The notes under the pieces were generated by a model, which saw nothing but the letters and a program-made list of their open reading frames with translations, ran no database searches and had not been told where the DNA came from. Position numbers and translations under genes: made by a program. 20,000 bases of DNA. It comes from an uncultured virus (IMG/VR IMGVR_UViG_3300032268_000966) (lineage: Duplodnaviria; Heunggongvirae; Uroviricota; Caudoviricetes). Positions 15,240 through 20,000 of the stretch are shown here, in pieces; position 1 is the first letter of the stretch; the number at the start of each line of letters is the position of its first letter. The stretch is taken from IMG/VR virus record IMGVR_UViG_3300032268_000966; one strand, written 5' to 3'.

Positions 15240-17933
15240 ATGGCATATCAAAATATAAATCAATATAATTTTAGACGATGGGGTATTAAACCTGTCAACG
15301 AAGTCACGGACATTTGTCTCGCGTCAGATGAGAAAGACTACGACCAAGAAGTTATTTTTTCACCATTGTTAATTGGTGAGGATAATGGTAATAGAATGCC
15401 TTTTAAATTTGACTTTAATAGTTCAGGGACTACAAAATGTCAAACAAATTTGTGTACATTTGATGATGATACTATTGTATCTGAAAACTATTGGAATCCG
15501 ACTGATACAGACCCTAATTTTTGTCCCATTGTTACTGAGTTATGTGATGTTGGTTTGACAGGTATTGACAATGGACTTGTTAAAAACATGTCAGGTGAGA
15601 CTATTGAAATCACAACTGGTCTTTACGAAACAGAGTCAGACAGATTTAGTAGATATAAATATGATAGGAGAATGAAAATGCACCCTATCACTGGTTTCAC
15701 AACTTCAGAAAATAGATTGTGGAACGACAACTCTTATACCTATGATATGTATTACGCCACAGATGGTAATCCTGTGGGTTATTTTGCCAGATTAAACGGA
15801 GGGTTTTTTCAAGGTTTTTATAAGTTACCAGGATACGACTATCAGGTGTTCCCTCAAAGAGTATCGTTAGGGTGGACAGCTGAATTTATGTTAAGATACA
15901 GATGGACAGGAGATACTTCTGTCGGACTTAATTCAAGGTATCCTGATAATAAGGGAACCTTTTTCTACATGGGAGCGAGAGCCGAAAACAAATTCTATCA
16001 CTATGCTGATGGTGAACCAAAACAAGATACAGGGTATACAAGAGTGACCTCAGGGTTAACTTGTATGCATACTTGTGGATGTGCAAGTACTGCGAATACT
16101 TCATCTGAATGTCTACAGGTGTATCAACCATCGGGAGGTACGATAACTCATTGTACTTGTGGTTGCCCTTGTGATTGTGAGTCACATGCCAAATATCCTG
16201 AAAAGGACCCGTTATATGATGGTGTGTCAAATGCGTTGTCTTTAAGATTAAGTGGAGATACAGGTAGTCCAAGACTATGTGTTAAGACATATAGAATAAC
16301 AGGAGGGTGTGAACATAGTGGAACTTGTCTTACAGGATTGACTTACCACACTGGAACATCTGTAACCGAATGGTGTTCTACGAGAGGAATATTTGATGAT
16401 TGTAGTGGGACTACTTATCCTAACGTTGAACATTGGGTTCAAATAGATGCCGTATTTCAAAGAAAGGAATGGTTTGATACCTGTGACCTATATGAAAAAG
16501 GAGGACTTGGTTTGTTAGTTGATGATGTATATTTTGCAACATTAGAGAATAGAAGTGTAACATTAGTTGAACCTCCAATAACACATGACCCAGGATATAT
16601 TCCACCTTCAACAGAGGTTGTTACGTTTACTGATATGTGGACCGAAGAACAAAAATATAGATTAGGTACTCTTAAGTTTTATGTTAATGGTAAATTATTT
16701 TTGGTGGCTGAAAATTTCGAGGAAATAATTCCAAGACTTCTTAATGTTGAAAAAGAAAAACAAATTGGAGTTGGATATAATATTTCAGTTGGTGGTGGTA
16801 CTCAAGGTCTTCACGACAACTTAACATTCTCTGCAGGGTGTCCCGCAGAGTTAAGTGGTATTACATATCAACAAGACCCTGAATGTTTAACAGATTATGA
16901 CTTAGAACATACTGAATACTCAGGTCTTACAACTCAAATAAGGTTAGAAGAAATTTTTGGTGGTAGTATGATTGGTGATGTTAGTGCATTTAGAATGTAT
17001 ACAGAACCATTAAACGCTTCTCAAATTAGACATAACTTTAAATTATTAAAGAATAGATATAATTTATTAGACCCTAATTGTCTTAATTGTAGAATTTTTA
17101 TTCCAAACAACGACTTGTTGTATATCTCAGTACCGTGTAATGATTTAGGATATTTGATGGTACCATGTAATGATTTGTTTTCTTCTTTATACCCATGTCC
17201 AACATCAACCCCTACTAACACTCCAACTACCACATCAACACCAACAAATACATCAACCCCTACTAACACTGAAACTCCAACTTCTACGGCTACTGTTGGA
17301 TTAACACCTACTGCAACAGAAACTCAGACACCTACACCAACAGAGACTCCGACTCAAACTCCAACTAACACCGAAACACCAACTAACACACCAAGTGAGA
17401 GTCCTACACAGACTCCAACACAAACCGCAACTCCATCTACAACTGCAACTATTGGATTAACACCAACTCCAACAGAAACTCAAACACCAACTCCAACTGA
17501 AACACCTACTAATACACCAACTAATACGGAAACTCCAACAAACACTCCAAGTGAAACTGCGACAGAAACTCCTACTAATACTCCAACCAATACTCAAACT
17601 CCAACAAACACTGTAACTCCAACTAATACAGAAACCCCAACAAATACACCAACTAACACACCAAGTGAGAGTCCTACACAAACTCCTACACAAACGGTAA
17701 CTCAAACTACAACACCTACAACAACAAGTACTCCAACAACTACACCTACAAATACTACAACTCCAACACCTACACCGACTAGTTCACCAACACCAACTAC
17801 AACATCTACACCGACTAATACACCAACAACAACTCCAACCCCAACATCAACCCAACTATACTTCTTATTATTTGAAGATGATTCAATTGCTACGGCAGAA
17901 AATAACGATGATATTGAAATAGATATTATATAA
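15240..17933 (+). CDS. Large Cys-rich putative virion protein with split LamG/concanavalin-like elements and a mucin-like Thr/Pro stalk
   Basis: 897 aa; [51 protein letters not shown] resemble LamG strands and the terminal helix; about 27 Cys; ~218-aa T/P tract; acidic C-terminal [15 protein letters not shown]. Confidence 0.7.
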   Translation: MAYQNINQYNFRRWGIKPVNEVTDICLASDEKDYDQEVIFSPLLIGEDNGNRMPFKFDFNSSGTTKCQTNLCTFDDDTIVSENYWNPTDTDPNFCPIVTELCDVGLTGIDNGLVKNMSGETIEITTGLYETESDRFSRYKYDRRMKMHPITGFTTSENRLWNDNSYTYDMYYATDGNPVGYFARLNGGFFQGFYKLPGYDYQVFPQRVSLGWTAEFMLRYRWTGDTSVGLNSRYPDNKGTFFYMGARAENKFYHYADGEPKQDTGYTRVTSGLTCMHTCGCASTANTSSECLQVYQPSGGTITHCTCGCPCDCESHAKYPEKDPLYDGVSNALSLRLSGDTGSPRLCVKTYRITGGCEHSGTCLTGLTYHTGTSVTEWCSTRGIFDDCSGTTYPNVEHWVQIDAVFQRKEWFDTCDLYEKGGLGLLVDDVYFATLENRSVTLVEPPITHDPGYIPPSTEVVTFTDMWTEEQKYRLGTLKFYVNGKLFLVAENFEEIIPRLLNVEKEKQIGVGYNISVGGGTQGLHDNLTFSAGCPAELSGITYQQDPECLTDYDLEHTEYSGLTTQIRLEEIFGGSMIGDVSAFRMYTEPLNASQIRHNFKLLKNRYNLLDPNCLNCRIFIPNNDLLYISVPCNDLGYLMVPCNDLFSSLYPCPTSTPTNTPTTTSTPTNTSTPTNTETPTSTATVGLTPTATETQTPTPTETPTQTPTNTETPTNTPSESPTQTPTQTATPSTTATIGLTPTPTETQTPTPTETPTNTPTNTETPTNTPSETATETPTNTPTNTQTPTNTVTPTNTETPTNTPTNTPSESPTQTPTQTVTQTTTPTTTSTPTTTPTNTTTPTPTPTSSPTPTTTSTPTNTPTTTPTPTSTQLYFLLFEDDSIATAENNDDIEIDII
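17100..17189 (+). repeat. Three 30-nt (10-aa) coding repeats
   Basis: [10 protein letters not shown] / [10 protein letters not shown] / [10 protein letters not shown]. Confidence 0.75.
17199..17852 (+). repeat. Thr/Pro-rich coding repeat tract (TPTNT/TPTET/TPTQT)
   Basis: Seen directly; includes an exact 35-bp duplication at 17376-17410 and 17646-17680. Confidence 0.95.
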
Positions 17934-17949
17934 AAAAAAATAGAATAAA

Positions 17950-18456
17950 ATGGCAAATACAAAAATAAGTCAATTACCAACATTTACGGGAAATACTAAT
18001 GGGTCGTTTATTGTTATGAACAATAGTGGTAATACGCAGTCATTTAAGGTGGCTAAAGAAACATTATTTAGTGGATATTCAACAAATGTAGTGTCACCAG
18101 TCTCAGGAAGTTGGACTTTATCAACAGGTGCAAATACTGTTAGTTTCACAGTTACTCCAGGTCAATCATATGTTATGTGGGTGAATGGAAATATTCCAAG
18201 TGGTATTGTTAATTGGAATGCAACAGTAACACTATCAAACACAAATGTACCTGCAATAGGTGTACAATATGGTTGGTATTATCTCGCGGGAAATGCTTTG
18301 GAGTTAACATCAATACCAAGTCAGATAGTCGGAACTGCGGGAAGTATTAGTACATCAGCACCAGCGGGTTCAAATACAAATACCTTTACATTTGGTATAA
18401 CCAATAACAGTGGTACATCTCAAATAGTATATTACGGATATATTAAAATAAGTTAA
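17950..18456 (+). CDS. Putative virion/tail-fibre-associated beta-rich protein
   Basis: N-terminal MANTKISQLP motif typical of phage fibre-associated proteins; S/T/G/N-rich with few charged residues. Confidence 0.65.
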   Translation: MANTKISQLPTFTGNTNGSFIVMNNSGNTQSFKVAKETLFSGYSTNVVSPVSGSWTLSTGANTVSFTVTPGQSYVMWVNGNIPSGIVNWNATVTLSNTNVPAIGVQYGWYYLAGNALELTSIPSQIVGTAGSISTSAPAGSNTNTFTFGITNNSGTSQIVYYGYIKIS

Positions 18457-18478
18457 AATTAAAATACGGACTATAAAA

Positions 18479-19048
18479 ATGTATACAACAGACTGTAACT
18501 ATTTTATTATAACCAACTACAATAATGTCGAACAAGGATATTATAGATGGACTGGTTGTACGGATACAATTAGTGTTTCATCAATTAACCCGTTACAAGT
18601 ACAATATGTTTGTGCTAAGAATTTAATTGTTGAAAGTTATGGAGCACCTCTTACAATATCCTTAGTAGGATTATGCCCTTCAACAACACCAACTCCAACT
18701 ATTACATCAACACCAACTCAAAGTTCTGTAACGCCAACTCCAACCTCAACTTCTCCAACACCAACACCCACAACAACACCAACGGTTACACCAACAACAG
18801 TTTATATGTATAATCTAAGAACAGGTGGTTGGTACCAAAATGTTTGTCAATCTGTTAGTATGACAGCAAATCCTAAAAACGTAACAATCTACACTTCAAA
18901 ACCTTTTGAAATTTTGGAAGTTGGAGATTACGTATATGGTAACCAATCTTTAACTATTCCACCAATAGATGCCAATTTTACAATCTCAAACGGAGGTAGA
19001 TTTATTCAACTTAGCGGTAATCAAATTATTAATGTTGGGGTATGTTAA
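18479..19048 (+). CDS. Putative virion protein: two small Cys-containing beta domains joined by a Thr/Pro linker
   Basis: 189 aa; CPSTTPTPTITSTPTQSSVTPTPTSTSPTPTPTTTPTVTPTT linker at 18677-18799. Confidence 0.7.
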   Translation: MYTTDCNYFIITNYNNVEQGYYRWTGCTDTISVSSINPLQVQYVCAKNLIVESYGAPLTISLVGLCPSTTPTPTITSTPTQSSVTPTPTSTSPTPTPTTTPTVTPTTVYMYNLRTGGWYQNVCQSVSMTANPKNVTIYTSKPFEILEVGDYVYGNQSLTIPPIDANFTISNGGRFIQLSGNQIINVGVC

Positions 19049-19069
19049 AAGATAAAATAAAATTTTTGA

Positions 19070-19077
19070 GTATTTAT
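19070..19077 (+). promoter_or_regulatory. GTATTTAT motif 4 nt upstream of the ATG
   Basis: Identical to the copies at 15223-15230 (+) and 15211-15204 (-). Confidence 0.5.
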
Positions 19078-19081
19078 TAAC

Positions 19082-19585
19082 ATGGCAGATTGTGGTGTAT
19101 CAATATTTAGTGATAATTTAAGCGGATTAACCGCAAATGTTACCTTTCATTCTTGTACTGGTAGTACAATTAGTTTAGGTGAACAAACATTTCCATTTAC
19201 TTATATTACCGATTATTGGTATGGAACTTATGATTGCTATGTTGCAATATATAATTATACTTATACAATTAATGTACCTTGTCCATCACCAACATACGAA
19301 TTAATTCCTACAGGTGAATTATTATATGACATAATTCCTTTGGATAATTTGTCTGCATTAGACATACCTAATGGTGAATTATTGTATGACATAATTCCTT
19401 TGGATAATTTGTCGGCATTAGACATACCTAATGGTGAATTATTGTATGAAACAATTCCTTTGGATAATTTGTCGGCATTGGACATACCTAATGGTGAATT
19501 ATTGTATGACATAATTCCTTTGGATAATTTGTCGGCATTAGACATACCTAATGGTGATTTATTATACGCCATAATTCAAAATTAA
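19082..19585 (+). CDS. Putative virion protein: ~65-aa N-terminal module plus 20-aa tandem repeats
   Basis: 167 aa; N-terminal module shared with 19638..>20000; no Lys or Arg anywhere in the protein. Confidence 0.75.
   Translation: MADCGVSIFSDNLSGLTANVTFHSCTGSTISLGEQTFPFTYITDYWYGTYDCYVAIYNYTYTINVPCPSPTYELIPTGELLYDIIPLDNLSALDIPNGELLYDIIPLDNLSALDIPNGELLYETIPLDNLSALDIPNGELLYDIIPLDNLSALDIPNGDLLYAIIQN
19313..19577 (+). repeat. 60-bp tandem repeat, ~4.4 copies, in frame (GELLYDIIPLDNLSALDIPN)
   Basis: Units begin at 19313, 19373, 19433, 19493 and 19553 (partial); near-identical, no spacers. Confidence 0.97.
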
Positions 19586-19630
19586 ATTTCAATAAATAAA
19601 AATTTCAATAAATCATAATATTTATAAATA
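19584..19630 (+). promoter_or_regulatory. Intergenic 14-bp direct repeat followed by the palindrome TATTTATAAATA
   Basis: AAATTTCAATAAAT at 19584-19597 and 19600-19613; TATTTATAAATA at 19619-19630, 7 nt before the ATG at 19638. Confidence 0.5.
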
Positions 19631-19637
19631 AAAAAAT

Positions 19638-20000
19638 ATGTCAACAATAGAAGGAGTTAGAATCTCAAGTAACAGTTTAATAGGAAAAACATCAAATCCT
19701 ACTGTTTTTAGGCCAGTAACTGGAGGAACAATTAGTTTAGGTACCCAAATAGTTCCATTTAATTATTATTCAGAATATCCATATGGAGAGTACGATTTAT
19801 TCATCACTGAATATCAAACAGAATATACCATAACAATACCTGAACCAGCACCAGCTCAATCGGCGTATACTGAAACTGTTAATTTAACATTTACAGGTTC
19901 TGTTTTATCTAGTTTTTGGGGTTCATATACTACAGGATTTATGCAATCATTAGGGTTTGCACCTGAAGATATTGTATATGCTGAAGGAATTTGTTCTGAT
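19638..20000 (+). CDS. 5' part of a modular protein: shared N-terminal module plus start of a putative LCIB/LCIC-type beta-carbonic anhydrase domain
   Basis: Not in the ORF track; hand translation: MSTIEGVRISSNSLIGKTSNPTVFRPVTGGTISLGTQIVPFNYYSEYPYGEYDLFITEYQTEYTITIPEPAPAQSAYTETVNLTFTGSVLSSFWGSYTTGFMQSLGFAPEDIVYAEGICSD, open to the window edge. Confidence 0.7.
   Translation, partial: MSTIEGVRISSNSLIGKTSNPTVFRPVTGGTISLGTQIVPFNYYSEYPYGEYDLFITEYQTEYTITIPEPAPAQSAYTETVNLTFTGSVLSSFWGSYTTGFMQSLGFAPEDIVYAEGICSD

Noticed and set aside
13131..16611. ORFs 13131..13319, 14500..14784, 15373..15558, 15928..16272, 16275..16460, 16420..16611
   Set aside because: Nested within longer ORFs that fit the operon packing; compositions look like frame or strand shadows.
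17376..17680. 35-bp exact repeat as an att site or diversity-generating retroelement TR/VR pair
   Set aside because: It lies within a low-complexity coding tract; no integrase or reverse transcriptase in the window and no adenine-specific mismatch pattern.
17021..19572. Val/Gly- or Trp/Cys-rich antisense ORFs 17021..17269, 17457..17705, 17702..17983 and repeat ORF 19261..19572
   Set aside because: Reverse-complement by-products of the ACN/CCN repeat tract and the 60-bp repeat, which lack stops on the opposite strand.
19313..19577. Possible CRISPR array
   Set aside because: Units are contiguous 60-mers with no unique spacers, remain in frame within a CDS, and no cas genes are present.
704..19585. 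Stop-codon reassignment (none of the 23 accepted complete genes ends in TAG; all six TGA stops are in ATGA overlaps)
   Set aside because: Genes are full length and tightly packed under the standard code, with no in-frame TAG or TGA interruptions; TAA bias is expected in AT-rich DNA.
1..20000. tRNA, rRNA, structured ncRNA or intrinsic terminators
   Set aside because: Intergenic gaps are at most 54 nt, and I saw no GC-rich hairpin with a U tract or cloverleaf in them.

Overview
AT-rich, gene-dense window that most likely comes from a large (jumbo) tailed phage, plausibly infecting Bacteroidota. The basis is Shine-Dalgarno-less A-rich starts, a TAnnTTTG element, a Flavobacteria-style NadE, and phage-type hypothetical/structural genes; this is inference, and no search was run. 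There are two divergent blocks. The minus strand (1-15187) is a tightly coupled gene string: five hypothetical/head-type genes including a stand-alone WYL protein, then a ~12.4 kb glycan-biosynthesis cluster. That cluster has eight glycosyltransferase-like genes (including GT10- and GT11-type fucosyltransferases), two SAM methyltransferases and a UDP-glucose dehydrogenase, with NadE, dUTPase and a PolB-like exonuclease embedded. The plus strand (15240-20000) encodes Thr/Pro- and Cys-rich, virion-like modular proteins. Main observations: (i) an [ST]-G-x-T motif occurs 18 times in the plus-strand proteins and never in the minus-strand proteins, and together with mucin-like Thr/Pro tracts and the adjacent glycosyltransferase cluster this suggests a phage-encoded virion protein O-glycosylation system; (ii) the last, truncated ORF appears to fuse a shared anchor-like module to an LCIB-type beta-carbonic anhydrase; (iii) a recurrent RTATTTAT motif precedes four genes.
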